Source: a bacterium
GTDB lineage: Bacteria > UBA8248 > JACPRG01 > G963555815
Length of the DNA stretch: 64,000 bases
Reading direction: 5' to 3'
Assembly (NCBI GenBank): GCA_965261595.1
Contig: CBDHDG010000006.1
Location: 1,632,001 to 1,696,000 of the forward strand
Of this stretch, positions 36,179-46,881 are shown in pieces; position 1 is the first letter of the stretch, and each line of letters opens with the position of its first letter. Under the pieces are notes generated by a model that ran no database searches, was not told the origin of the DNA, and worked only from the letters and a program-made list of their open reading frames with translations. Position numbers and translations under genes: made by a program.

Positions 36179-36435
36179 GTTTTTTCTGTTGGGCCTGGGA
36201 TTTCATTTCTGAGGCCCGATCAGTCGGGAATCCGATTCCGCCCCTCAGTTTCACAGCGCACTTCAGACCGCTTATGTCGCCGGGGCCAAGGGGCCGCGCC
36301 GCGATCGAATCCGGCGCTTGCGCCGGTTGTCAACGCCGGGTCACCCTTCTTCCTTTCCCCTGAGAACCTGTTGTCTCATTCCGAATGCAAGGCTGGAATG
36401 AGCGGTCTCTCTCCTCTCTTTACGGCGCCTCCGGG

Positions 36436-37149
36436 CTAAAAGGTCTTCGTCTCGCCGGGTTGGAATTCGACGATCTCGAGATCGGCGATTTCCATCGTGA
36501 GCTTCTTGAATTCCTCGACGGTCCCCGTGAGCAGCGGGAACGTCCCGTAATGGCAGGGAATGACGATGCGGGCGTCCAGGAGCCTGCATGCGTACTCGGC
36601 CTCCTTCGGGTCCATCGTGAAGTGGCTTCCGATGGGCAGGATGGCCATGGTCGGACCGTAGAGCTCGTGAATGATCCGCATGTCCCCGAAAACATTCGTG
36701 TCCCCGGCGAAGTACGTTTTGAATCCGTTCTCGAACTCGACGACGTAGCCGGCGGGCTCCCCCAGATAGACCGGGTTGCCGTTCTCTTCGGCGGATGAGC
36801 TGTGTTGGGCGTGGGTCATGGTGAACTTGATCCCCCCGACCGTCTGGGTGCCGCCCTTGTTCATCCCGCTCGTGTTCTCGACGCCCTTGTTTCCCAGCCA
36901 GTTTGCAAGCTCGACCTGGGCGATGACGGTCGGTTTGTGCGCCCGGGCGATGTCCGCCGTGTCGCCGACGTGGTCGAAATGGCCGTGCGTGAGGAGGATG
37001 ATGTCGCATGTGTCCACCGTTTTGCAGTCGTCTGGGCAGGAAGGGTTCGACGTGAGCCACGGGTCCAGGTAGATGGCCTTGCCGCCGGGGGTTTGGATCT
37101 TGAAGCTGCCGTGTCCGAGCCAGGTGATCCGGAGGTTCTTGCTGGCCAT
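36436..37149 (-). CDS. Metallo-beta-lactamase-fold hydrolase (UPF0173-like)
   Basis: TWLGHG, THGHFDH, AGDT and IPCHYGTFP motifs. Confidence 0.92.
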   Translation of the reverse strand: MASKNLRITWLGHGSFKIQTPGGKAIYLDPWLTSNPSCPDDCKTVDTCDIILLTHGHFDHVGDTADIARAHKPTVIAQVELANWLGNKGVENTSGMNKGGTQTVGGIKFTMTHAQHSSSAEENGNPVYLGEPAGYVVEFENGFKTYFAGDTNVFGDMRIIHELYGPTMAILPIGSHFTMDPKEAEYACRLLDARIVIPCHYGTFPLLTGTVEEFKKLTMEIADLEIVEFQPGETKTF

Positions 37150-37298
37150 CTCTTGGTTTCTCCTTTTTCTGCCGAGGCGTAAAAGACTTTGGGTTGTTCA
37201 AAATGTACCGGGTTGAACGGGAGACTTCAAGCTTCATCCGTCTCCCCGGTTCGGAGTCGGCGCCCTGAGGATCGGCGGGACCGCCGGCGCGCGATGGC

Positions 37299-37964
37299 TT
37301 AGGCGATAGGAATCTCTTTCAAGGAAGGAGACGTGCGGAAGGACCCCTCCGTTTTCTCGCGGACCTGCTCCTCCGTGACGCCCGGCGCCAGCTCCAACAG
37401 CACGAGTCCCTCCGGCGCGACGTCCATGACGCAAAGGTCGGTGAAGATCCGGTCCACGACTCCGGACCCGGTCAAGGGCAGGTCGCAACGGGAGACGATC
37501 TTCGGTTTGCCTTTCCTCGTCACGTGCTCCATCAGGATGAGGACCCGTTTGGCCCCCGCCACCAAGTCCATGGCCCCGCCCATTCCGGCGGCCATCTGTC
37601 CGGGGATCATCCAGTTGGCGAGGTCTCCGTTTTCCGCCACCTGCATCGCCCCCAGGATGGTCGCGTCCACGTGCCCGCCGCGGATCATCCCGAAGGCGGT
37701 CGCGCTGTCGAAGAAAGACGCGCCCGGAAGAACGGTGACGGTCTGCTTGCTGGCGTTGACAAGATCGGCGTCCTCCCCTCCCCGGCGCGGGAAGGGGCCC
37801 ATGGACAGGATGCCGTTCTCCGAGTGAAGGATGACCCGCCTGTCGGGGGGGATGAAGTTGCCGACGAGCGTCGGAATCCCGATGCCCAGGTTGATGTAGT
37901 CCCCGTCTTGAAGCTCCAGGGCCGCGCGCGCGGCAATCTGCTCCCGGCTCAGACCCAATTTCAC
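37299..37964 (-). CDS. 3-oxoacid CoA-transferase subunit B
   Basis: [12 protein letters not shown] and GMGGAMDLV motifs. Confidence 0.95.
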   Translation of the reverse strand: MKLGLSREQIAARAALELQDGDYINLGIGIPTLVGNFIPPDRRVILHSENGILSMGPFPRRGGEDADLVNASKQTVTVLPGASFFDSATAFGMIRGGHVDATILGAMQVAENGDLANWMIPGQMAAGMGGAMDLVAGAKRVLILMEHVTRKGKPKIVSRCDLPLTGSGVVDRIFTDLCVMDVAPEGLVLLELAPGVTEEQVREKTEGSFRTSPSLKEIPIA

Positions 37965-37973
37965 GCCTCCCCT

Positions 37974-38666
37974 TTAATCCTGAACCGACAGAATCTCGAT
38001 CCGCTTTTCAAACCGTTGACCCTGAAAGATGCGCTGGACGAAGATCCCCGGCGTGTGGATCTGGTTGGGGTCCAGCTCCCCCGCCGGGACGAGCTCCTCC
38101 ACTTCGGCGATGGTGACTTTGCCCGCCATGGCGATGACGTGGTTGAAGTTCAGCGCCGTCATCCGGTAGACGAGGTTGCCCGCGGTGTCGCCTTTCCACG
38201 CTTTCACGAAGGCGAAATCCCCCGCGAGGGGTCTTTCAAGCAGGTAGGTCTCGCCGTCGAAGACCTGGGTCTCTTTTCCCTCGGCCACGATGGTGCCGAC
38301 GCCGGTCCGCGTGTAGAAGCCGCCCGTGCCCACCCCCGCCGCCCGGATGCGCTCGGCGAAGGTGCCTTGGGGCACGAACTCCACCTCGATTTCCCCCGCC
38401 AGGTACTGCCGCTCCAGCTCTTTGTTGGATCCGATCCGGCTGCATATCATCTTCCGGACCCGGCGGGCGGAAATCCATTTCCCCAGAAACCAGTCTTCCA
38501 TGCCGGCCCCGTTGCTGATGACTGTGAGGTCCTTGACGCCGGTCTCGTGGACGGCGTCGATCAACGCTTCGACGACGCCGCAAACCCCGAACCCGCCCGC
38601 CATGATGCTGGCACGGTCCTGAAGGTCGAAGATCGCTTCCGGGGCCGATTGAAAAACCTGAACCAT
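37974..38666 (-). CDS. 3-oxoacid CoA-transferase subunit A
   Basis: GGFGVCG, PQGTFAERIRA and IHTPGIFV motifs. Confidence 0.95.
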   Translation of the reverse strand: MVQVFQSAPEAIFDLQDRASIMAGGFGVCGVVEALIDAVHETGVKDLTVISNGAGMEDWFLGKWISARRVRKMICSRIGSNKELERQYLAGEIEVEFVPQGTFAERIRAAGVGTGGFYTRTGVGTIVAEGKETQVFDGETYLLERPLAGDFAFVKAWKGDTAGNLVYRMTALNFNHVIAMAGKVTIAEVEELVPAGELDPNQIHTPGIFVQRIFQGQRFEKRIEILSVQD

Positions 38667-38890
38667 GGATCACTCCTCGATTGAGATTCACGGAACCGCC
38701 TGGAACGCGGCTATTCTAGCAGATGCGCGGCGCCCGTCCGGTGAAAATTCCGCGCTGCCGGCCCGGACGAGGCCGGATGGTTCGATCCTCCCCGCCGGAA
38801 TGAAGTAGAGTGAACCGTGGCCGGAACGCGGAGAAAGTCCGGCGCCGCAATGAGGAAAAACGAGACCCGAGGGGGAGGGGGGGTGAACCC

Positions 38891-40255
38891 ATGGTCCGTT
38901 CCCTGGCCATCCGGGGGGCGACGCTTGTGACGATGGACCCGGAGATCGGGGTCATCGACGAAGGTCTCCTCGTCCTGGAGGGCGATCGAATACGGGAAGT
39001 GATGCCGGACCCCGGCCGCGACCCGGACGCCGACGAGGTGATCGATGGACGCGGACGGATTGTCCTGCCGGGGCTGGTGAACGCGCACGTTCATACCCGG
39101 CCCGCTCGCGCCCTGGGCGACGGCCTTCCGGTTCCCGAGTGGCACGTCCGGTACGCCGACGGCGTGAGCCGCCTGATCGACGACGAAGATTCCCGCATCG
39201 GCGCGCGCCTGGCTTTCGGTGAATGCCTCTTGGCGGGCTACACTTCGGCGCTGGCCATGCCGGTCAAGCCCCAGGGGTGCTTCCGGGGGGCGGTCGAGGT
39301 GGGCATCCGCGCGTGCATCGCCCCGCACGCGGCCGACAACCCCGATTTTGCCGGCACGAGCGACACCTTCGAGGACAACCTCGCCCTGATCCGGGATTGC
39401 GGGACCTCCGCAGATGGACGGGTTCAATCCTGGCTGGGCTACGACAACCTGTCGGGATCGAGCGACCGGCTGCTCCGGGCTTTGCGGCGGGAGGCCGATG
39501 CCACGGGCCGGCGCATCCACGGCCACCTCTGTGAACATCGGGGGGAGGTGACCTACGGCGCCGGGCGGTGGGGCAAGCGGCCCCCTCGGGCCCTTCACGA
39601 TCTGGGTCTTCTCGGCCCCGACTTCGTCGCGGCGCATTGCGTCTGGTTCGACCGGGAGGATATCGACCTGTTCGCCCGGACCGGCGGCCACGCTGTCCAT
39701 AACCCCATCAGCAACCTGAGATTCGCGAACGGGGCATCGCCCGTGCCTTCGCTCCTTGAAGCCGGCGTTACGGTGGCCCTCGGAACGGACGGCATGCTTT
39801 CGACCTACCGGCTGGACCCCTTCGAGACGATGCGCCATGCCCTGACGCTTCACAGGTTCGTGGCCGGGGACGCGGCCGCCCTTTCCACCGGGAAGGCCCT
39901 GGAGATGGCGACGATTCACGGGGCGCGCGCCTTGGGGATCGACGCCGGAAGGCTGGTCCCGGGCCTGAAGGCCGATGTGACCGTGCTGGACGCGAGGCGC
40001 CTCCACCTGACGCCCAGGGTCCGCGGGACGCACGATAACCTGATGGCGCTCCTCGTCTGGTCGGCCGCGGCCGCCGACGTCGAGACCGTCATCGTGGACG
40101 GACGGCCGGCCGTGCGGGAGGGAAAGCTCGTCCAAGTGGACGGCGGCGCGGTTCGCGCGGAGGCCCAAAAGACCGCCGAGCGCATCCTCGACCGTCTGGA
40201 CACATCCGAGTCCGCGGCCGCCCTCGAGGCCCGGAGGGGAGGTTCGGGTCCCTGA
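38891..40255 (+). CDS. Amidohydrolase family protein (MtaD/AtzA-like deaminase fold)
   Basis: PGLVNAHVH, HGHLCE, AAHCVW, HNPISN and LGTDG motifs. Confidence 0.9.
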   Translation: MVRSLAIRGATLVTMDPEIGVIDEGLLVLEGDRIREVMPDPGRDPDADEVIDGRGRIVLPGLVNAHVHTRPARALGDGLPVPEWHVRYADGVSRLIDDEDSRIGARLAFGECLLAGYTSALAMPVKPQGCFRGAVEVGIRACIAPHAADNPDFAGTSDTFEDNLALIRDCGTSADGRVQSWLGYDNLSGSSDRLLRALRREADATGRRIHGHLCEHRGEVTYGAGRWGKRPPRALHDLGLLGPDFVAAHCVWFDREDIDLFARTGGHAVHNPISNLRFANGASPVPSLLEAGVTVALGTDGMLSTYRLDPFETMRHALTLHRFVAGDAAALSTGKALEMATIHGARALGIDAGRLVPGLKADVTVLDARRLHLTPRVRGTHDNLMALLVWSAAAADVETVIVDGRPAVREGKLVQVDGGAVRAEAQKTAERILDRLDTSESAAALEARRGGSGP

Positions 40256-40414
40256 GACTCCCGGCGAGTCGGCAAAGGCAGGCGTTGAACCGGCGAAGCC
40301 CCCTTTCTCCGATCTCCGTGTAGACCCTGAGTTCCGTTGGGGTGCGGGATTTCAATTCTCACGCTGGGTTCTGTCCTGGCCGCCGGAGTCAACCTTCTTC
40401 CGGAAGGAAAACCG

Positions 40415-41650
40415 ATGCACGAAAGCATAGCCCCCGAATACAGAATCGATTTCCACGATTTCCCCGGGGAGGAATATGACCTTCGTTGGGGACGCGCGCG
40501 GGACCTGATGGCTGAGCAGGGCCTGGATGGTCTCATGGTCACGGGGGATTTCTGCTCGGCCATGAACTACCGCTACTTCACCGGCCACCTGCCGCGGGAC
40601 TATCAGCAGAACCATTCCCGTCCGCACATCTTCCTGCTGCCGCGGGAGGGCGATCCCGTCCTCGTTGCGGTTTCCTTGAGCGCGGGGGACGCCCCAAGGT
40701 CCACCTGGATTGATGACATCCGGGTGTACCATGAGCCTCTGCCCCTGGAGGTCGTCCAGAAGGCCGTTGTAGACGCCGGCCTTGGCGAGGGGCGGATCGG
40801 GGCGGAGTTGGGACTGGATCAGCGGCTGATGATGCCCCAGTTGACATTCGAGGCATTGCGGGATTCCCTTCCCCGGGCCGCCTTCGTGGACGCCTCTTCC
40901 CTGCTGCTGAGAATGCGGGCCATCAAGTCGCCTCGCGAGATCGAGCGAATCAAGGAGACGGCCCGGATTTTCAGCGGCGCCATCGAGGCCTGTTTCCGGT
41001 CCCTGGAGGAGGGGATGACCGAGGAGGATGTGAGCCGGCGCCTCGTCCACCTCATCGTCGACGGCGGGGCCTTTCGTCCACCCCTGTACCAGAACATCGT
41101 CATCACCTCGGGCGGGGACTGGGGGCTTAAATTTCTCCCCCCGACGAAGAAACCCCTCCGCCGCGGCGACCTGATCTTCATGGACGCCGGCTGTGTCTAT
41201 CGGGGCTACTGGAATGAGTACAACCGGATGGGCGTCGTGGGAGCGCCCGACGGCCGGGCGCTGGAGAACTACCGGATCGTGAGGGAGGTCGTGGATCGCA
41301 CCGTCGCGGCGATGAAGCCCGGCGTGCGGGTGTCCGAGGTCCTGAAGGAGACCGTCGCCGCCTACCGCGATCTGGGTGTTCCGGACGAAAAGCGCCCCGT
41401 CTACGAACGGGCGCCTTACGCCCACATCGGTCACGGCGTGGGTCTGAGCGGGAGCGAGCGGCCCTTCCTCCAGATGGATAACGACGACCCCCTGGAGGTG
41501 GGGATGTATTTCTCAGTGGAGGCCTATCTCACGGATCGGGAGAAGTTCGGCGACGAGCAAACCGTGATCATCACCGAAGGCGGACCCGATGTCATTTCCA
41601 CGGCCTCGCGCGAGCTTTACGTCATCAAGACCCGGGGGGAGGGGGATTAA
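40415..41650 (+). CDS. M24 (Xaa-Pro peptidase/creatinase) family protein
   Basis: RAIKSPREIE, MDAG, HIGHGVGL and SVE motifs. Confidence 0.88.
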   Translation: MHESIAPEYRIDFHDFPGEEYDLRWGRARDLMAEQGLDGLMVTGDFCSAMNYRYFTGHLPRDYQQNHSRPHIFLLPREGDPVLVAVSLSAGDAPRSTWIDDIRVYHEPLPLEVVQKAVVDAGLGEGRIGAELGLDQRLMMPQLTFEALRDSLPRAAFVDASSLLLRMRAIKSPREIERIKETARIFSGAIEACFRSLEEGMTEEDVSRRLVHLIVDGGAFRPPLYQNIVITSGGDWGLKFLPPTKKPLRRGDLIFMDAGCVYRGYWNEYNRMGVVGAPDGRALENYRIVREVVDRTVAAMKPGVRVSEVLKETVAAYRDLGVPDEKRPVYERAPYAHIGHGVGLSGSERPFLQMDNDDPLEVGMYFSVEAYLTDREKFGDEQTVIITEGGPDVISTASRELYVIKTRGEGD

Positions 41651-41837
41651 CGCGGAGGCTGAGGGTCAACCGACCCGCGCAACACCGCTTTCGCGATTGG
41701 GTGGACCCTCCATTGGAATTCGACCCCGCCGCCGCCCCTTGGAACGAACGGTTGATGAGAATTTTGCGTTGGACGGGCGGGCGGCATGGTTTGTGTCCGC
41801 TATCCGCGGGACTTAGCCTGATCGGGATGTCGGCGCA

Positions 41838-42830
41838 ATGAGCCAGATTCGATTCCTCTCCGGCCGGGAGGTTGAAGAGCTCTTGAGGTGGGAGGAGACG
41901 ATCCCCATCCAGGGGGAGGCGTTCGCGCTTTTGTCCTCGAACCGGATCGACATGCCCGTCAAGACGCTTTTGCTCACAGAGCGGCCGAAGGCCCACATGC
42001 TTTTCATGCCGGCCGTTCTGGAGAATGCGGGAGGGTTCGGGATGAAGTTCACGGGCCGCTTTCCGGAAAACTTGAAAAAGGGCCTCCCCGCCCGGATGTC
42101 GGCGCTTCTCCTGATGGACGGGGAGACCGGTCAGCCGAGGGCATTGTTGGAAGGGGCGTATCTGACGGACCATCGGACCGGGGCTTGCGCCGGTTTGTCC
42201 ACCCAACTCCTGGCCCGGGAAGATTCCAGCGTCGTGACGGTCTTCGGCGCGGGCGATACGGCGGGGCCTTGCCTGGAGGCGGTGTGCCACGTCCGGGACA
42301 TCGAAAAGGTGTGGGTGGTCGGCCGGTCGGAATTGCGCGCGAAACGATTTGTCGAGGACATGAAGGCCCTGGGGGGGCGAATCCCGCGAGATATCGAGTT
42401 GACGAAGGACAGGAACAGGGCCGTCCGGGAGGCCGACATCGTTGTGGCGGCGACCAACGCAAAGGCGCCGGTCTTCGATGGCCGCGACCTCCGGCCCGGA
42501 ACGCACATCAACTCCGTCGGCAACGTAAACGGACGAGAGCTGGACAGCGAAACGGTCCGCCGGGCCCGCGTCCTGATGGACAGCCGCGAAGGATGCCTTG
42601 CCTATGCCCGGGATATTTATCTCCCGATCAAGGAAGGGGTCGTCGTGGAGGGGCATTTGCGGGAAGAGATCGGACAAGTCGTCCTCGGGGAGCGCCCGGG
42701 ACGTCGGGACCCGGAAGAAATCACCCTGTTCAAGAGCCTGGGAGTCGCCATCCAGGATATCGTCACGGGTTTTCATGTTTTGAAGGAGGCGGAACGGTTG
42801 GACAGGGGAAGCCTCCTGGACTGGGGCTGA
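41838..42830 (+). CDS. Ornithine cyclodeaminase/mu-crystallin family protein
   Basis: LTDHRTGA, GAG, GTHINSVG and LFKSLGVAIQD motifs. Confidence 0.92.
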   Translation: MSQIRFLSGREVEELLRWEETIPIQGEAFALLSSNRIDMPVKTLLLTERPKAHMLFMPAVLENAGGFGMKFTGRFPENLKKGLPARMSALLLMDGETGQPRALLEGAYLTDHRTGACAGLSTQLLAREDSSVVTVFGAGDTAGPCLEAVCHVRDIEKVWVVGRSELRAKRFVEDMKALGGRIPRDIELTKDRNRAVREADIVVAATNAKAPVFDGRDLRPGTHINSVGNVNGRELDSETVRRARVLMDSREGCLAYARDIYLPIKEGVVVEGHLREEIGQVVLGERPGRRDPEEITLFKSLGVAIQDIVTGFHVLKEAERLDRGSLLDWG

Positions 42831-43191
42831 AAGCCGCCGCCGGAAGGAATACCCGCCCCGGAAGAGCGGACATCGGAAGCGCCGTCCGCGATGTCCGCCG
42901 CGATAGTCGGCCTCTTTTCATGTTTCCCCCTTCGGCATATTCTCTCCCGTCCTTCCTTGAATCCGGTTGCGGACCTCTTGGGCCTTGGGCTAACATTGAC
43001 CCAGTTGATCTTCTTTTCCTGAGAATGACCGTTCGGAGTCTCGGTGGCCGGCTGGGCGGGACGTGCGGTGCGTCCGCGTCCGGCGGGGTTGCGCGAATGG
43101 CGGCGGTGGCGCCAGGGGAAATCCCAGGTTTCGAAGGCGCACTTCAAGACCCCGGGCCTGTTGTCCGGCTCACACTGGAATGGACGGCACG

Positions 43192-44358
43192 ATGACACTG
43201 GAACGCGCGAACAGACTGAAACGGCTTCCGCCCTACCTTTTCGCCGAGCTGGATCGGATGAAGACCGAGGCCGGGAAGACAGGGTTGGATATCATCAGCT
43301 TCGGGATCGGGGACCCCGATCTGCCCACCCCCCCCCACATCATCGAGGCGCTGGAAGCGGGGGGCAGGAACCCGGCGAACCACCAGTATCCTTCTTATGA
43401 AGGGATGCCGTCGTTCCGTCAGGCGGTGGCGGACTGGTACAAGGGGCGCTTCGACGTGGACCTGGACCCGGAGCGTGAAGTCCTATCCCTCATCGGGTCG
43501 AAGGAAGGCCTCGCCCACATCTCGTTGGCGTTCATCAATCCGGGCGATGTCGCGGTGATTCCGGACCCCGCCTATCCGGTGTACGAGGCCGGGGCCGTTT
43601 TCGCGGGCGGCGAAGTGGTCGCGATGCCGCTCCTCCCGGAGAATGATTTCCTGCCGGATCTGGAAGACCTCAAGCGCGGCGTCCTGAAAAGGACCCGGCT
43701 GCTGTTTCTGAACTATCCCAACAACCCCACGGCCGCTGTGGCGACCGAAGGCTTTTTCGCCCAGGCCGTGGAGTTCGCCCGCGAGCACGATGTCGTCCTG
43801 GTCTACGACGCGGCCTACTCGGAGATGTATTTCGACGGCGTGAAGACGCCCAGCATCCTGCAGACCCCCGGCGCCAAGGACGTGGCCGTGGAGTTTCACA
43901 GCGTCTCGAAGACGTACAACATGACGGGATGGCGGATCGGGTTCGTCGTGGGCAACGCGGACGTTCTCTCCGGTCTCGGCGCGGTGAAGACCAATGTGGA
44001 TTCCGGGGCCTTCCAGGCCGTGCAGGAGGCCGCCGTCGCCGCGTTGGCGGGCGATCAGTCGTGTGTCGATGAGATGCGGTCGGTCTATGAGCGCAGGCGG
44101 GACGTCATGGTCGAGGGGCTGCGCGGATTGGGGCTGGAGCCCAACCAGCCGTCCGCGACTTTCTATGTATGGGTTCCCGTCCCGGAGAAGTACACCTCGA
44201 TGGAGTTCACCGCCCACCTGTTGCGGGAGACCGGCGTGGTTGTGACCCCGGGGAACGGTTTCGGCGAAAACGGCGAGGGTTTCTTCCGCCTGGCCCTGAC
44301 GCAAAGCGAGGAGCGCATCCGGGAAGGGTTGGAGCGAATCCGCAAAGCGGGATTTTGA
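43192..44358 (+). CDS. dapL: LL-diaminopimelate aminotransferase
   Basis: LPPYLFAE, GIGDPD, LIGSKEG, NYPNNPT and SKTYNMTGWRIG motifs. Confidence 0.88.
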   Translation: MTLERANRLKRLPPYLFAELDRMKTEAGKTGLDIISFGIGDPDLPTPPHIIEALEAGGRNPANHQYPSYEGMPSFRQAVADWYKGRFDVDLDPEREVLSLIGSKEGLAHISLAFINPGDVAVIPDPAYPVYEAGAVFAGGEVVAMPLLPENDFLPDLEDLKRGVLKRTRLLFLNYPNNPTAAVATEGFFAQAVEFAREHDVVLVYDAAYSEMYFDGVKTPSILQTPGAKDVAVEFHSVSKTYNMTGWRIGFVVGNADVLSGLGAVKTNVDSGAFQAVQEAAVAALAGDQSCVDEMRSVYERRRDVMVEGLRGLGLEPNQPSATFYVWVPVPEKYTSMEFTAHLLRETGVVVTPGNGFGENGEGFFRLALTQSEERIREGLERIRKAGF

Positions 44359-44909
44359 CCGAGGGGTTCCGGCCCGTTCAGAGACCGGGGGGAAGCGGAT
44401 CGGCCCGGCCATCGAGAGAGAAGGTGGAGGCGTTCATCGGCGTAGGCTCCAATCTGAATCACCCCAAAGAGCGATGCGCCGAGGCGATGACCCGCGTTGG
44501 AAATGCGGAGGGCGTCCAGGTCATCGGGCGCTCCCGGTGGTATGCGACCGCTCCGGTGGGGCCGGTGGACCAGCAGGATTTCGTCAACGGCGTTCTCCGC
44601 GCGGAGACCCGTCTCGACCCGGCGGACCTGCTTGGGACATTGAAGGCGATTGAGGCCGACATGGGCCGGCGCGATGGTTTGCGGTGGGGACCTCGCGTGA
44701 TCGACCTGGACCTGCTGCTGTTCGGCGACTGGGTGAGCGCGGGGCCGAATTTGACGATTCCCCACCCGGAAATCGGCGAGCGCCGGTTTGTCCTCGCCCC
44801 CCTCTGCGACCTTGCCCCGGACGGGATCCATCCGATCTCGCGGAAGACGTTCCGTCAGATGCTGGAGGACCTGGGGGAAGGACAGCGGGTGGTTCCGATC
44901 CCCGAGTAA
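44355..44909 (+). CDS. folK: 6-hydroxymethyl-7,8-dihydropterin pyrophosphokinase
   Basis: IGVGSNL, RWGPRVIDLDLL, IPHP and RRFVL motifs. Start is uncertain. Confidence 0.93.
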   Translation: MTEGFRPVQRPGGSGSARPSREKVEAFIGVGSNLNHPKERCAEAMTRVGNAEGVQVIGRSRWYATAPVGPVDQQDFVNGVLRAETRLDPADLLGTLKAIEADMGRRDGLRWGPRVIDLDLLLFGDWVSAGPNLTIPHPEIGERRFVLAPLCDLAPDGIHPISRKTFRQMLEDLGEGQRVVPIPE

Positions 44910-44923
44910 GGGCCGCGCATTGT

Positions 44924-45556
44924 ATGGATCAGGCGCGCTATATCGCGATCGAAGGCCCCATCGGGGTGGGAAAGACGAGTCTGGCGGAGCGCCTCGCCGA
45001 GGTGATTGGCGCGTCGGTCCTCCGCGAAGTCACCGAAGAGAACCCCTTTCTGGCGAACTTCTACGCCGACGCCGACCGGCACGCCTTTCAGACGCAGCTC
45101 TTTTTCCTCCTTAACCGGTACCGGCAGCAGCTTGATCTGACCCAACTGGATCTGTTTCAGAGCGGCATCGTGAGCGATTACATCTTCGCGAAAGACCGAA
45201 TCTTCGCCTGCGTGAACCTGGATCCGGACGAAATTGTCCTCTATGAGGAGATATACTCCCTGCTGCGGACCCGGATCCCTTCGCCGGATCTCGTGGTTTT
45301 CCTTCAGGCCGGCACGGACGTCCTCATCGATCGCATCCGAAACCGGCGGCGCGATTTCGAGCGGTCCATCAAGCCCGAATACCTGGAGCGCATCAACGAG
45401 GCTTATAATCGCTACTTCTTCCGCTATTCCGAAACCCCTCTCCTGATCGTGAACACCGATGCCATGGATTTCGTTCACCGGGAAGAGGATTTCGACCACT
45501 TGGTCCGAGAGATCGTCAATCTGAAGCAGGGAACCCACATTTACGTGCCCCGTTAG
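44924..45556 (+). CDS. Deoxynucleoside kinase
   Basis: IEGPIGVGKT, ENPFL, QLFFL and KDRIFA motifs. Confidence 0.93.
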   Translation: MDQARYIAIEGPIGVGKTSLAERLAEVIGASVLREVTEENPFLANFYADADRHAFQTQLFFLLNRYRQQLDLTQLDLFQSGIVSDYIFAKDRIFACVNLDPDEIVLYEEIYSLLRTRIPSPDLVVFLQAGTDVLIDRIRNRRRDFERSIKPEYLERINEAYNRYFFRYSETPLLIVNTDAMDFVHREEDFDHLVREIVNLKQGTHIYVPR

Positions 45557-45617
45557 GGAGCCCGGGAGGCCCGGGGGGCCGCGGGGGCCAAGCGGCGCGG
45601 CAGCCTCGGGAGTTGAA

Positions 45618-46457
45618 ATGCAGGTCCTGACCTCGGCGGGCGCCATGAATGAGAAAGCGCGCGGCTTGCGCGCGGAGGGAAAGCGCCTCGGGCTTGTCCC
45701 CACGATGGGGATGTTCCACGAGGGCCACCTGGGTCTCATGCGGCGCGCGCGGAAAGAGAACGACGTCCTTACGATCTCCCTCTTTGTCAACCCGGCCCAA
45801 TTCGGTCCCGGGGAAGACTTCGAATCCTATCCCAGGAATCAGGAGGCGGACCTCCGGAAGGCGGAGGACGAGGGGGTGGATTTGGTGTTCATGCCGGGCG
45901 TCGAGGAAATCTATCCCCCGGGCGACAGGACCTTCATCGAGGTCGAGGGGCTCTCGGACGTTCTCTGCGGAGAGAGGCGGCCCGGACACTTTCTGGGCGT
46001 GACGACGGTCGTGGCCAAGCTCTTCGCCCTCTGTCTTCCCCACCGGGCGTATTTCGGAAAGAAAGACTTCCAGCAGTGGGTCATCATCCGGCGGATGGTT
46101 TCCGACTTGCGGATGGATGTCGAGGTCGTCGGGTGTCCAACCGCGCGGGAGCGAAACGGTCTCGCCCTTTCATCCCGAAATATCTATCTCGATGATGAAG
46201 ATCGAGCGAGCGCGGTCGGCCTGCGGCGCGCCCTGCTGGCCGTCTCGGAAGGCTTTCGAGGGGGGAGCGAGGATGTGCCCGCTTTGGTGGAGGTCGCTTC
46301 AAAAGTCCTGGAAGATCACGGCCTCCGCCGGGATTATCTGGTCATCGTCCATCCTGAGACGCTTGTCGGTTTGGACAGGGTTACGGGTCCGGCCGTGGTC
46401 TTGGGCGCGGTTTGGTGCGGGAAGGCCCGGTTGATCGATAACCTGGAGCTGGACTGA
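45618..46457 (+). CDS. panC: Pantoate-beta-alanine ligase
   Basis: PTMG..HEGH, RPGHF, FGKKD, LSSRN and RLIDN motifs. Confidence 0.97.
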   Translation: MQVLTSAGAMNEKARGLRAEGKRLGLVPTMGMFHEGHLGLMRRARKENDVLTISLFVNPAQFGPGEDFESYPRNQEADLRKAEDEGVDLVFMPGVEEIYPPGDRTFIEVEGLSDVLCGERRPGHFLGVTTVVAKLFALCLPHRAYFGKKDFQQWVIIRRMVSDLRMDVEVVGCPTARERNGLALSSRNIYLDDEDRASAVGLRRALLAVSEGFRGGSEDVPALVEVASKVLEDHGLRRDYLVIVHPETLVGLDRVTGPAVVLGAVWCGKARLIDNLELD

Positions 46458-46486
46458 GTCGGAGCGCGTCCGTGACGCCCCCCATT

Positions 46487-46666
46487 GTCATTCCCGCGTA
46501 GGCGGGAATCCATCAGTGTTTCCGATCGGTCCCAATCTTTCCGCCCGCCGGCTGCGCCGAAGGCCCTTCCTCCCCCCTCTTGTATATTTCTCAACTCATT
46601 GATCACGTGGGCGGGATGATGGACCGGCAACTCAGAACTCCGGATTCCCGCGTGCGCGGGATTGAC
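46487..46666. repeat. Inverted pair of GTCATTCCCGCG-type REP-like palindromes
   Basis: GTCATTCCCGCGTAGGCGGGAATCC (46487-46511) and GGATTCCCGCGTGCGCGGGATTGAC (46642-46666). Confidence 0.75.
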
Positions 46667-46881
46667 GGCTCGGGGACAGGCCGCGCGGGAATATTGACAT
46701 GTCGGAATGAATGTAAATATTCTGATGGTTAAATGCATTTCATCCTTTCCGAAAAAGGGGGGGAGACCGGCGATTGGCTTTCCGCTAAGCGGGACTTGAC
46801 TGAAACCGGACCGCTGTGATGTCGGCGGCCTGGGAGAATCAAGCCGAGACGCGCTGAATTTTCAGGGATATATTGAAGAAT

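Noticed and set aside
42831..43191. Possible lysine riboswitch upstream of dapL
   Set aside because: The conserved lysine-riboswitch elements were not recognisable. An Infernal/Rfam scan would be needed.
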